The notes under the pieces are model-generated. The model searched no databases, was not told where the DNA came from, and was given only the letters and a program-made list of their open reading frames with translations. 64,000 bases of DNA from Blastocatellia bacterium (GTDB lineage Bacteria; Acidobacteriota; Blastocatellia; UBA7656), in NCBI GenBank assembly GCA_963765495.1, contig CAVXWP010000002.1, positions 1 to 64,000 of the forward strand. Reading direction: 5' to 3'. The position numbers and the translations under genes are program-made. This document shows positions 10,588 through 19,777 of this stretch, piece by piece. Position 1 is the first letter of the stretch; every line of letters starts with the position of its first letter.

Positions 10588-10963
10588 AGCCCCTTGCCTG
10601 TTTCATTTCTTGCGCTTTGCTGGCCCTGATCCTCCTGTTTTCGTCTCACTTTCTGAGACAGGTTTTCCTACCATTGTCGGGGAAGCATCTGAATTGGCAG
10701 GTTTATCCTTCCAATCAGGTTTGACCTGCCACATTCCTTAACTGGCAATTGCCCTGCGAAGGTATCTTTTCGAGGCAGCATTGTCATTGAGCAATGCTGA
10801 ACAGACTGATTCGGGAGAAAGCAGTATCAGAGAAAGGAACAGAGATAAGCGATGCGAAGAGAGTGGAATGAGAAGCGAGCAAGCGCATTGTTCTGGCGAT
10901 GACTACCTGAACATATTATCGCATCATCGCTTGCTGAGTCGTCTCGCTTCTGAGAGACAGACG
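10588..10963 (-). other. ORF-less cassette family A (copy 5)
   Basis: Family A motifs; nearly identical to 49724-50101. Confidence 0.8.
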
Positions 10964-11782
10964 GTCGGGTAAGGAGGCGATGTTATCATCGCCCCCTCCC
11001 CTCAGAACGGTACGGGCATCTTTCGACGCATACCGCTCAAGCATCTCAAAGGCTTCTTGCGAAACCCGGTCGTGCTTCTCAACACCACCTTCACGATACT
11101 CATTTGCTGCCGATTTGCCTTTCAGCCGGAAGCTGCACCAGCCAGTGTTGCCACTGCCGTCATCTGCGTTGCTTCCTGTATCGGTTCGTCAAACTCTCTC
11201 GTGACGAGACACCAGATGGAAGTCTGCACGCTTTCGCGTGAGGTGATCTTGCCATTGGCTCAACCTCTATCCAGTTCATTACAAACTGGCTTTCGCTTCC
11301 TCCATCTTCCTTTACCCGCCACTCCATCAATCGACCTTGCGGCTGATCTACCCCGCAGGGAGAGCGACGGGCTTACCACGTTCCGCGTGCGTGCCAGAGT
11401 GGGTTAGGTCGTGCCTCTTGGCCGGTGGTTCGACATCTGCGACGGGCGAGTTAGGAGCGCCCGTGCCTGACCACTTGCCTTTTGGCCCAAGCGTCAAAGC
11501 ATCTTCCGCTTGTTCCGGTTAACGACCTTTATCAGCACTTCACCTGGGTTGACCATACCACTCAATCCTAGTCCCCGACCCCTTTGATGCTAGGAGTCGC
11601 AACCGCTTCTCACGATTAAGTTGCCACTTCACAAAGGAAGTGAGGATACATTGTCCCGCAGGCTTCGCACCTCGCCGTTTGAAGCGACGCACGCTACGGT
11701 AGGATACTGATGGCAGAACATCAGGTTATATCCGGTTTCAAACAACCGTCATAACAGCCATTCACGCGACTTCGTGTCGCAC
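10964..11782 (-). ncRNA. ORF-less group II intron, copy 2
   Basis: Same 819-nt sequence and same GTTAGG|C insertion point. Confidence 0.93.
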
Positions 11783-11929
11783 CCTAACGCCCCGGTTGAA
11801 CGGCCCGCTGTGGCCTCCCCTTCAAGCGAGTGGTTGGATTGCGGGTCCGGTCGAACCGGTTGTTAGGCATCCATGAAGCAAGGCTTCTTCACGACGGATG
11901 AAAATGTCTGAGAGTTTATGTATCCTTCC

Positions 11930-12070
11930 TTCTGGTCATTGGCTGATAGGTCGTCGGGCCTTGGTGCCTTTAGCCCGGTCGTTAGTTTGACTTGGGGAGC
12001 CTTTTCAGGCATCACAACTTGTTGCTTCGAGCACGCATAGCAGTCTCTTTTGTTTTGAGGCTCCCCGCCA
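11930..12070 (+). ncRNA. Putative bridge RNA of IS110 type 1
   Basis: Non-coding region conserved with the type-2 element. Two stem-closed domains carry GTCGTTAG (attC match) and CATAGCAG (element-end match). Boundaries approximate. Confidence 0.6.
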
Positions 12071-12090
12071 ATGCCGAAAGGAGTTCTATC

Positions 12091-13329
12091 ATGCAGATTC
12101 TTTACAACTCTTGCTGTGGTATTGATGTTCACGCTCGCACCGTTGTCGCCTGCCTCATCACTGACGGCAACAAAGAGGTTCGCACTTTCTCAACCATGAC
12201 TGATGATTTGCTTGCCCTGCTCGACTGGCTCACTTCTCAAGGCTGCACTCACGTCGCTATTGAAAGTACTGGCGTTTACTGGAAGCCTGTTTTCAATATC
12301 CTCGAATCCTCCCTGGAGGTTATTTTGGTTAATGCCCGCCACGTCAAAGCTGTTCCTGGCAGAAAGACTGATGTTAAGGATTGTGAGTGGCTTGCTGACC
12401 TGCTTCGTCACGGTCTGCTTCGTCCCAGCTTTATCCCTCCTCCTCATATCCGTGAACTCAGGGATTTGACTCGCTACCGCCAGAGCCTTATCCGTGAGCA
12501 GACTGCTCTTGCCAATCGCATTCAGAAGTTGATTGAAAGCGCCAATATCAAGCTCGCTCAAGTCGCTAGTGATGCTTTGGGGGTTAGCGGCAGGCTGATG
12601 CTGAGAGCTTTGGCTGATGGTCAAACCGATGCTGACAAGATCAGCGACCTTGCTCGTCGGAGGATGAAGCGTAAGAAGGCTGACTTGAAGCGTGCTTTGC
12701 ACGGTCGCCTCACTTCTGCCCAACGCTGGATTCTTAAAGAACTCCTCGATCAGTATGACTCGGTTGAATCCTCTATTAAGAGGGTTGAAGAGAAGATCAG
12801 CCAGGAGGTCGAAACTTCCCCAGACCCTTTTGTTAAGCAAGCTGTTGAGCTTCTCGATTCTATTCCAGGAGTCGCAAAGACCTTAGCCCAGATCATTGTC
12901 TCTGAGATTGGAGTAGATATGAGCTGCTTCCCAACAGACAAGAATCTCTCAAGTTGGGCTTCGATCTGTCCCAGTAATAATCAATCGGCAGGAAAACGAA
13001 AGAGTGGAAGAACCCAAAAGGGCAATAGCTATCTAAAAGCAGCCCTTGTGCAGGCAGCCTGGGCAGCAACGCATCAGAAGGATTGTTTCCTTGCAGCGAA
13101 GTACAAAAGGCTGGTCAAGAGAATGGGGAAGAAGAAGGCGCTGGTAGCAATAGCACATTCGATACTTGTGATTGTATATCACGTCTTAGAAGAGAGAGCC
13201 GGTTACAAAGAGTTGGGAGTAGATTATCTGGACAAAAGGAATGTAGAGAAGCAGCGGCGAAGATTAATCCGACAGCTTGAGGGGACGGGCTTGAGAGTAA
13301 CTGTTGAAGAGGTCGAGCAAGCTGCCTGA
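12091..13329 (+). CDS. IS110 family transposase/recombinase
   Basis: GIDVHA, IESTGVYW, RKTDVKD and SNNQSAGK motifs; AGGAG RBS before ATG 12091. Confidence 0.95.
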   Translation: MQILYNSCCGIDVHARTVVACLITDGNKEVRTFSTMTDDLLALLDWLTSQGCTHVAIESTGVYWKPVFNILESSLEVILVNARHVKAVPGRKTDVKDCEWLADLLRHGLLRPSFIPPPHIRELRDLTRYRQSLIREQTALANRIQKLIESANIKLAQVASDALGVSGRLMLRALADGQTDADKISDLARRRMKRKKADLKRALHGRLTSAQRWILKELLDQYDSVESSIKRVEEKISQEVETSPDPFVKQAVELLDSIPGVAKTLAQIIVSEIGVDMSCFPTDKNLSSWASICPSNNQSAGKRKSGRTQKGNSYLKAALVQAAWAATHQKDCFLAAKYKRLVKRMGKKKALVAIAHSILVIVYHVLEERAGYKELGVDYLDKRNVEKQRRRLIRQLEGTGLRVTVEEVEQAA

Positions 13330-13359
13330 TCAACACCTACTCTTATTTTCATAGCAGGC

Positions 13360-13620
13360 GCGTTCTGATTTGCAAGTGCGTCACAGATGATTGCATTGGT
13401 TCGAGCCGCGCCTGCTTTCTTTGCCTTACAGCTGGATTTTGGCTCACCCTTTTCGAGAAGCGCGGCGGAGTGTGAGGCTAACAGCTTGGCTCATAGACAG
13501 GTCTACTTCGCTGCAATCTGACGAGCGATGTGAGTTTAAAAGCATTGCTTGTAGGCAGATATTCTTCGTCGCATCCTTGGCAATCAATGCCTCTCTTTCT
13601 CACCGACCAACTCCCGGCGC
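13360..13620 (-). other. ORF-less cassette family B
   Basis: Homologous to 1836-2096 and 48935-49198. Confidence 0.75.
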
Positions 13621-13747
13621 GCTTAACGACGAGTTCAGCGGCGCGCTGTGGGCTTCGATGCAATCGAGTAGTTGGAATGCGCGTCCGCTGGAATGAGCAG
13701 TTAGGCTCACTCCCACAAAAACCTCTTGAAGAACAATGAGGAAAATC

Positions 13748-14740
13748 TTAAGCGGAAATTGACTCCACTGGACCAATTTCACATCCACATTCCACTGCTC
13801 CCATTTTTATGGTTTGAGTGTAGTTTCTACCCACGACATCCTGAAATTCTATCCTTAAAGGAAAAATGCGCCCATTTGCATGTTCCTGCTTAAGATGAAA
13901 CAGAAAATTCAGCCCAAACCCGTGTCCAGTCGGCTCATCCCCAAATCGGGATATGTGCTTGATGATCGTTGGTTCTCCAGGTCGAAGGTATGTCAATCTC
14001 TCGAATGCTATATTCGCATCAAGTGTAGAATCGAGTTGGAGGCTAACTGTCTCTATTCTAATGTTGATAGCTGAAATATTTCCAATGTTGATAATCTCAA
14101 GCTGTTCGCCTAATTGGATTAAGCGAGTAGCAAATGCAGGTAAAGAATAAATTTGCGAGATTTTCTGAGCCTTTTGCCTAGATTTGGCGCTATTTGTCCT
14201 CTTGGCTCGGGTTCCAGCCTTCTCTTTCGTCTTTCTACTAACTGAATCAGGTGTATCCAAAATGCTTGAGGAACCCACCACTTCCTTAATGAGTTCACTG
14301 ATCTGGACGAGGACTTGGTCTTGGTCAGCTTTTTTCATACGGGCTAAGGGTTTCTCAGGATTAAGTATAGCAGCTTGGTATTTTTGAATAGCAGTTTCTT
14401 TGTAAAGACTAGGTCGAATGGGTATCCACATTATCGTTAAGCCATTTTTTTGAGCGGCATTCAGCAATGGTGGGAGCTCAACATTTGCAATAAAATCAGA
14501 TGCAAGAAACTCTGGACTTACAAGGAGGACTGCAACGCGGGCACGAGTTATGGCTTCTTCGATTTCCTTTTTCCATTCTGTGCCAACCTGAATCTTAGTA
14601 TCATCCCACAATGAAACCTTGTTATCTCTAACAAGCGGTTTTAGGATGATTTGGAGCTTTTCCAACCATTTTTGATCCTTGTGACTATAGCTAATGAATA
14701 TCTGGTTGCGGATGTTTCGTGTGCGTGGCCTCTTCACCAT
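13748..14740 (-). CDS. TIR domain protein (cassette)
   Basis: IFISYSHKD...LWDDTKIQVG...VSPEFLASDFIANVELP, with the catalytic Glu position present. Confidence 0.9.
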   Translation of the reverse strand: MVKRPRTRNIRNQIFISYSHKDQKWLEKLQIILKPLVRDNKVSLWDDTKIQVGTEWKKEIEEAITRARVAVLLVSPEFLASDFIANVELPPLLNAAQKNGLTIMWIPIRPSLYKETAIQKYQAAILNPEKPLARMKKADQDQVLVQISELIKEVVGSSSILDTPDSVSRKTKEKAGTRAKRTNSAKSRQKAQKISQIYSLPAFATRLIQLGEQLEIINIGNISAINIRIETVSLQLDSTLDANIAFERLTYLRPGEPTIIKHISRFGDEPTGHGFGLNFLFHLKQEHANGRIFPLRIEFQDVVGRNYTQTIKMGAVECGCEIGPVESISA

Positions 14741-14926
14741 TGCAGGCTTTATTATATGCAAAAAGACAACATGCACAACCCAATGGTTGCCTAACTCAGA
14801 TTTAGACTCCGTAAAGTTGTTTGATACAACGAACATTAGTGATCTCGCATGAATGGAAATGCCACTAGCGAAATTGAAAGCCATCTCCTTTTTTCCAAAT
14901 CGAGAAGCATCGGGTCACCGAGAGAG

Positions 14927-15745
14927 GTCGGGTAAGGAGGCGATGTTATCATCGCCCCCTCCCCTCAGAACGGTACGGGCATCTTTCGACGCATACCGCT
15001 CAAGCATCTCAAAGGCTTCTTGCGAAACCCGGTCGTGCTTCTCAACACCACCTTCACGATACTCATTTGCTGCCGATTTGCCTTTCAGCCGGAAGCTGCA
15101 CCAGCCAGTGTTGCCACTGCCGTCATCTGCGTTGCTTCCTGTATCGGTTCGTCAAACTCTCTCGTGACGAGACACCAGATGGAAGTCTGCACGCTTTCGC
15201 GTGAGGTGATCTTGCCATTGGCTCAACCTCTATCCAGTTCATTACAAACTGGCTTTCGCTTCCTCCATCTTCCTTTACCCGCCACTCCATCAATCGACCT
15301 TGCGGCTGATCTACCCCGCAGGGAGAGCGACGGGCTTACCACGTTCCGCGTGCGTGCCAGAGTGGGTTAGGTCGTGCCTCTTGGCCGGTGGTTCGACATC
15401 TGCGACGGGCGAGTTAGGAGCGCCCGTGCCTGACCACTTGCCTTTTGGCCCAAGCGTCAAAGCATCTTCCGCTTGTTCCGGTTAACGACCTTTATCAGCA
15501 CTTCACCTGGGTTGACCATACCACTCAATCCTAGTCCCCGACCCCTTTGATGCTAGGAGTCGCAACCGCTTCTCACGATTAAGTTGCCACTTCACAAAGG
15601 AAGTGAGGATACATTGTCCCGCAGGCTTCGCACCTCGCCGTTTGAAGCGACGCACGCTACGGTAGGATACTGATGGCAGAACATCAGGTTATATCCGGTT
15701 TCAAACAACCGTCATAACAGCCATTCACGCGACTTCGTGTCGCAC
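14927..15745 (-). ncRNA. ORF-less group II intron, copy 3
   Basis: Same 819-nt sequence and same GTTAGG|C insertion point. Confidence 0.93.
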
Positions 15746-15841
15746 CCTAACGCTCCGGTTGAGCGGCCCGCTGTGGCCTTCGCTTCATCTGAATAGTTGG
15801 CATGCGGGTCCGGTCGAACCGGTTTGTTAGACCCATCCTGG

Positions 15842-16393
15842 CTATCTGAATAGCTCGTCTACAGGGAACCTCCACCCAGCAACTGCTGGTTCAGCTTCTG
15901 CTATTTCGCCGCGACGATAGATCATTGAATTGTCTGGATCATTTGAGCGGTAAACGCTTATCACGTCCTCACTTAGTAAATCAACATCCCAAACCACTAG
16001 TGTCCCGCTTCTAAAATAATCTCTGATCTTTTCCATTATGGCCTTCTCTGCCTTTGGGCCATAGTCACTTTTGCTTCTTATTTCGGCAGCAAAAACCGGA
16101 GCGCCATCTAAGAAATCCATGCTGTCAATGTTACCGATATACCAAGCTGCATCAGGGCTGAATGAATCTCGATTAGACAGGTTTACTGCAAACCCGACAT
16201 TGTCTCCAAATGCATACCCGCCTCCGTGCCTGCTCTCGTGATTATTAAGGCTTGTGACAATCTTCATCGCAGCACGGCCTGGTCGTGAACCTGTCGGACT
16301 CATCAGAACTACTTCTCCATTGATGATTTCGGCTTTCTGGTTGCCGGGCACTTCGTACAAATCTTGAATGGTTGCTTTAGCTTTAGTGGTCAT
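15842..16393 (-). CDS. Uma2 family endonuclease
   Basis: EIINGEVVLMSP, SPDAAW, AEIRS and WDVD motifs. Confidence 0.9.
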   Translation of the reverse strand: MTTKAKATIQDLYEVPGNQKAEIINGEVVLMSPTGSRPGRAAMKIVTSLNNHESRHGGGYAFGDNVGFAVNLSNRDSFSPDAAWYIGNIDSMDFLDGAPVFAAEIRSKSDYGPKAEKAIMEKIRDYFRSGTLVVWDVDLLSEDVISVYRSNDPDNSMIYRRGEIAEAEPAVAGWRFPVDELFR

Positions 16394-16602
16394 AGTTGAT
16401 TCCTCACAAGCGCATCATAGCACAGAATGGTCAGTACGTTCCCGTTCACCTGCAAGGGTCTAACGCCGAGTTCAGCGGCGCGCTGGTAGCTGTTGGAACA
16501 TGAGCAGTTGGAATGCGCGTCCGCTGGAATGAGCAGTTAGGCCGGGTCTTGACCGAACACTCTGGATGGCCTGACAGTACTGTCCTTCAATTTGAATCGA
16601 AT

Positions 16603-17163
16603 CTACTCTTCTTCTGGTACCACATCGTCAACTGGCATTGACCATCCTGGCACTGCATCACCGGCGTCGGCTATATCTCCACGACGGAAGACAATTGGAT
16701 TCTCAGGATCATCAGAATGATATGCTTTAATCACATCTGTACTCAGCACGTCCACATCCCAAACACATCTTGTTCCGGCGTTAAAGTAGTCTCGGCGTTT
16801 GTCTGCCATCTTCCGTTCTGAATGTGGGCCATAGTCTCCTTCACTTCTAACCTCTGTGGCAAAAACCGGAGCCCCTTCCAAAAATCCCATTCCTGTTGGT
16901 TTACCTGTGTACCAAGCTGCGTCAGGACTGAATGAGCTTCGGTTTGGTAGGTTTACTCCGAATCCAGCATTGTCGGGGAATGCATAGCCAGACTTTGTTT
17001 TGCGCTCATGGTCGCTGAGGCTTCTATAGATTGAGCCAGCAGCGCGACTCGGCCAGAATCCGGTTGGGGCCATCAGTATAAGTTCTCCATCGACAATTTC
17101 AGCTTTGCCATTCTCAGGCACGTGATAGAGGTCTTCAATAGTAGCTTGAATCTTTGTAATCAT
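16603..17163 (-). CDS. Uma2 family endonuclease (paralogue)
   Basis: EIVDGELILMAP, SPDAAW and TEVRS motifs. Confidence 0.9.
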   Translation of the reverse strand: MITKIQATIEDLYHVPENGKAEIVDGELILMAPTGFWPSRAAGSIYRSLSDHERKTKSGYAFPDNAGFGVNLPNRSSFSPDAAWYTGKPTGMGFLEGAPVFATEVRSEGDYGPHSERKMADKRRDYFNAGTRCVWDVDVLSTDVIKAYHSDDPENPIVFRRGDIADAGDAVPGWSMPVDDVVPEEE

Positions 17164-17337
17164 ATCTCTACCTCACAGGGAAATAGTAACATAGATGATC
17201 ATTATGCAGAATCGCCGATGAAAAAATATTGGCAAGGATGGACGAAGGCCTAACGCCGAGTTCAGCGGCGCGCTGGTAGTTGATGGAACGCGAGAGGGTG
17301 GAAAGCGCGTCCGCTGGAATGAGCAGTTAGGCGCAGC

Positions 17338-18267
17338 CTATGGGCGGCGAGAGGCTGTTGCGCCACCGCCGCCAGCCCCCGAGGCCGCAATGTTCTTAAG
17401 GTCCAGAACTAATGAGCTTCGTTGAACCGTGCCTTTTACAATATGTTCTTTAACTAATGCAATGGCGTCTGACATTAATCTCAATTGCTCATACCGGCGA
17501 TCTGATGTGTTGTCTGTTTCTTTAATCAATATTTGCTTCGTGATTAGTGCCTGTGCTGCCCTATAAAGCCGTGCCTCCAAGTAAGGGTGCTGCGGTTGAT
17601 TTGGATCCGATGGATTTGGAATTGCGAAAAACCGCAGAAATTCTTTTTCATCTTCAGATATTTTTTGTGTTAAGTGAAAGATCAGGTTATTACGGCGTTG
17701 CTCGACAAAGTAGGATTTTATAACTGCCTCGACCGCAGGATTTACTTTGTACAACGCATTTGGTGGATCGGTCTTATGAATGAGTTCAATAAATCCATAG
17801 TCTTGCAATATCCGAATACAGGTCGAGGAACTATCTAAATTGAGAGGGTTATCTTTAATGTTGGATAAAATGTATCTCTGCTCAAAAGCCAGATGTGGAA
17901 GAACCTGAAGACAAGCATCCTGCAAACTCTTTATTTGTTTTTCCCTTTGCTGCCTATTATTGGCTTTGCTGCGGTAACTTTTCCATCTCGTGTGAATTTT
18001 CTTTGCCAGCCAAATAATGAAATCGATCAGTAGATAACCGAGTCCAAATGATAGCAGGATAAGAAGAGCAAGAGTAACCTCAGCAGATAATCCAACGGTG
18101 CTACTGCTCTCGATAGCCTTTTTATGAAAGGAGAATAACACAATAAAAGCCACTGTTGAGCCTGCAACTACTTTAGCAGCGACCCTTGACGACATTAGCA
18201 ACTCAACAATTTTAATTAAGAAATCGCCCATGTTGGCATGATACCCCTTAATTGTATTTTCAAGCAA
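17338..18267 (-). CDS. Hypothetical membrane protein (2 N-terminal TM, possible wHTH; SieB-like architecture)
   Basis: Long ORF filling the cassette, with hydrophobic segments; the family call is tentative. Confidence 0.65.
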   Translation of the reverse strand: MLENTIKGYHANMGDFLIKIVELLMSSRVAAKVVAGSTVAFIVLFSFHKKAIESSSTVGLSAEVTLALLILLSFGLGYLLIDFIIWLAKKIHTRWKSYRSKANNRQQREKQIKSLQDACLQVLPHLAFEQRYILSNIKDNPLNLDSSSTCIRILQDYGFIELIHKTDPPNALYKVNPAVEAVIKSYFVEQRRNNLIFHLTQKISEDEKEFLRFFAIPNPSDPNQPQHPYLEARLYRAAQALITKQILIKETDNTSDRRYEQLRLMSDAIALVKEHIVKGTVQRSSLVLDLKNIAASGAGGGGATASRRP

Positions 18268-18396
18268 AGATGACAGTTAATAGCAGACAGTACGAAGTGC
18301 CGGACTTAATGCTGCTGCCTAACGCCGAGTTCAGCGGCGCGCTGTGGCTCACGATGCAATCGAGGGGGTGGCAAGCGCGTCCGCTGGAATGAGCAG

Positions 18397-19008
18397 TTAG
18401 GCTTCGTGTTTGCCTAGCTTTCGCGCCCATTCCAGCGCAAAATTCTCTGCGAACATCTCGTGTTGTTTTCTTGACCCACAGACCGGCTGATTCAAATGCC
18501 CTATCTCATGCAAGAATAAATGGTAAAGATAATACCTTCTGATTTCTTGTTCTTCCCATATCAAATTCCATATTGGTCCATCTTGTTCCCAACGTCTGCA
18601 CCAAGGATTATAGTGGTGCAAGACAGATTCTCTTGGCTTCCGTTGCCAACTGATTGTCCGGGACTTTGGGAAAGAGTTCATTATTACACAGAAATATCTT
18701 CTTCGTGCTTCAATTCCTAAGTTCTCATCATTCTTTGGCGCTCGACGGAGGATAATCGCATTAACACAGTCCGTAACCTCTTCTGGAAGTTGAGTAAGAA
18801 CATAGTGATAGTCCTTCTCGTTGCATGGATGATAATAATGACGCGACGGATTCTCTTTTATTACTTTCCATCGAATGTTGTCTTCTGATAGACGAGTCCA
18901 AAGGTCTTGAGTATTTCTGTGGCTCAACTTTTCCACGGCTCGGCCATCTTTTACTCTACCCCCCTGTGCTGCTCCAATTTTTCTATTTCTTTTTGTTTGG
19001 TTACGCAT
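18397..19008 (-). CDS. Zn-metallopeptidase-like protein (HEXXH)
   Basis: LHEIGH...EMFAENFA; stop codon overlaps attC R''. Confidence 0.8.
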   Translation of the reverse strand: MRNQTKRNRKIGAAQGGRVKDGRAVEKLSHRNTQDLWTRLSEDNIRWKVIKENPSRHYYHPCNEKDYHYVLTQLPEEVTDCVNAIILRRAPKNDENLGIEARRRYFCVIMNSFPKSRTISWQRKPRESVLHHYNPWCRRWEQDGPIWNLIWEEQEIRRYYLYHLFLHEIGHLNQPVCGSRKQHEMFAENFALEWARKLGKHEA

Positions 19009-19252
19009 ACAATTCGCCTCTTGAAGCCTAACCGAAAATCAGTCTCACTAAATAGGTCTGGTTCAACGAACAATCGGGATGATATGCAATAGAACTGGTC
19101 AAATACAAGTGTAAACTGAAAGACGCAATGTTTCTCCATATCAGATTGGAACGGGAGCGCGCGAGAGCCTAACGCCGGGGATCAGCGGCCCGCTGTGGCC
19201 GAAGGGATAACGAGAAGCTGGTATGCGGGTCCGTTGAATGCCCATGTTAGGC

Positions 19253-19428
19253 GCGCCTTTGTCGTTGGCCGCGCTCGGCTTTCTGGGCAATTCAATCAAG
19301 GCATATCGGGAGGCGCGGCCCCAATCTTGACTCGCTGCTTTGTGACTGCGTCGTTTAGTTACTATGACATTGTTCACTCTTTTTTCCGCCTCTGTGTCGT
19401 TGCTGTTGGTCAGGAAATTTCCCCGCGA
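19253..19428 (-). other. ORF-less cassette family C (copy 3)
   Basis: Identical (inverted) to 50187-50362. Confidence 0.75.
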
Positions 19429-19513
19429 GCCTAACGCAGGCATCAGCGGCCCGCCGTGGGCGAAGGGATAATGAATAGTTGGCATGCGGGTCCGTTGAAT
19501 GCCCCAGTTAGGC

Positions 19514-19666
19514 GCGCTTCTTCTTGAGAGTGCGTCACAGATGCATTGCCTTCGTTCGAGCCGCGCCAGCTGACTTTGCCTTTTAGCAGGACTTTGAGTA
19601 GAGAGGTCTCCTTCTGTCTTCTTGGCCAACAGTATTGTTCATTCTCACCGACCAACCCTCGCGTGC
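19514..19666 (-). other. ORF-less cassette family B, internally deleted
   Basis: Retains the TTGGTCGGTGAGAA start and GCTAAAAGGCAAAGT...ATCTGTGACGCAC end. Confidence 0.7.
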
Positions 19667-19777
19667 GCTTAATGCTCGTGTTAACCGGGCGCGGGCGACG
19701 GCTATGGCCGAAGCCGGATGAACTCGCTGCCTCCGCCCGGTCGAACACGTTGTCAGTTGGCCCCTTCATACCAATCA

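Larger units (their letters stand above)
11869..13359 (+). mobile_element. IS110-family element type 1 inserted in the attC R'' core
   Basis: 1491 bp; AGGC core at both junctions; removing it restores GTTAGGCGCGTTCTG; subterminal ATGAA/TTCAT repeats. Confidence 0.92.
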
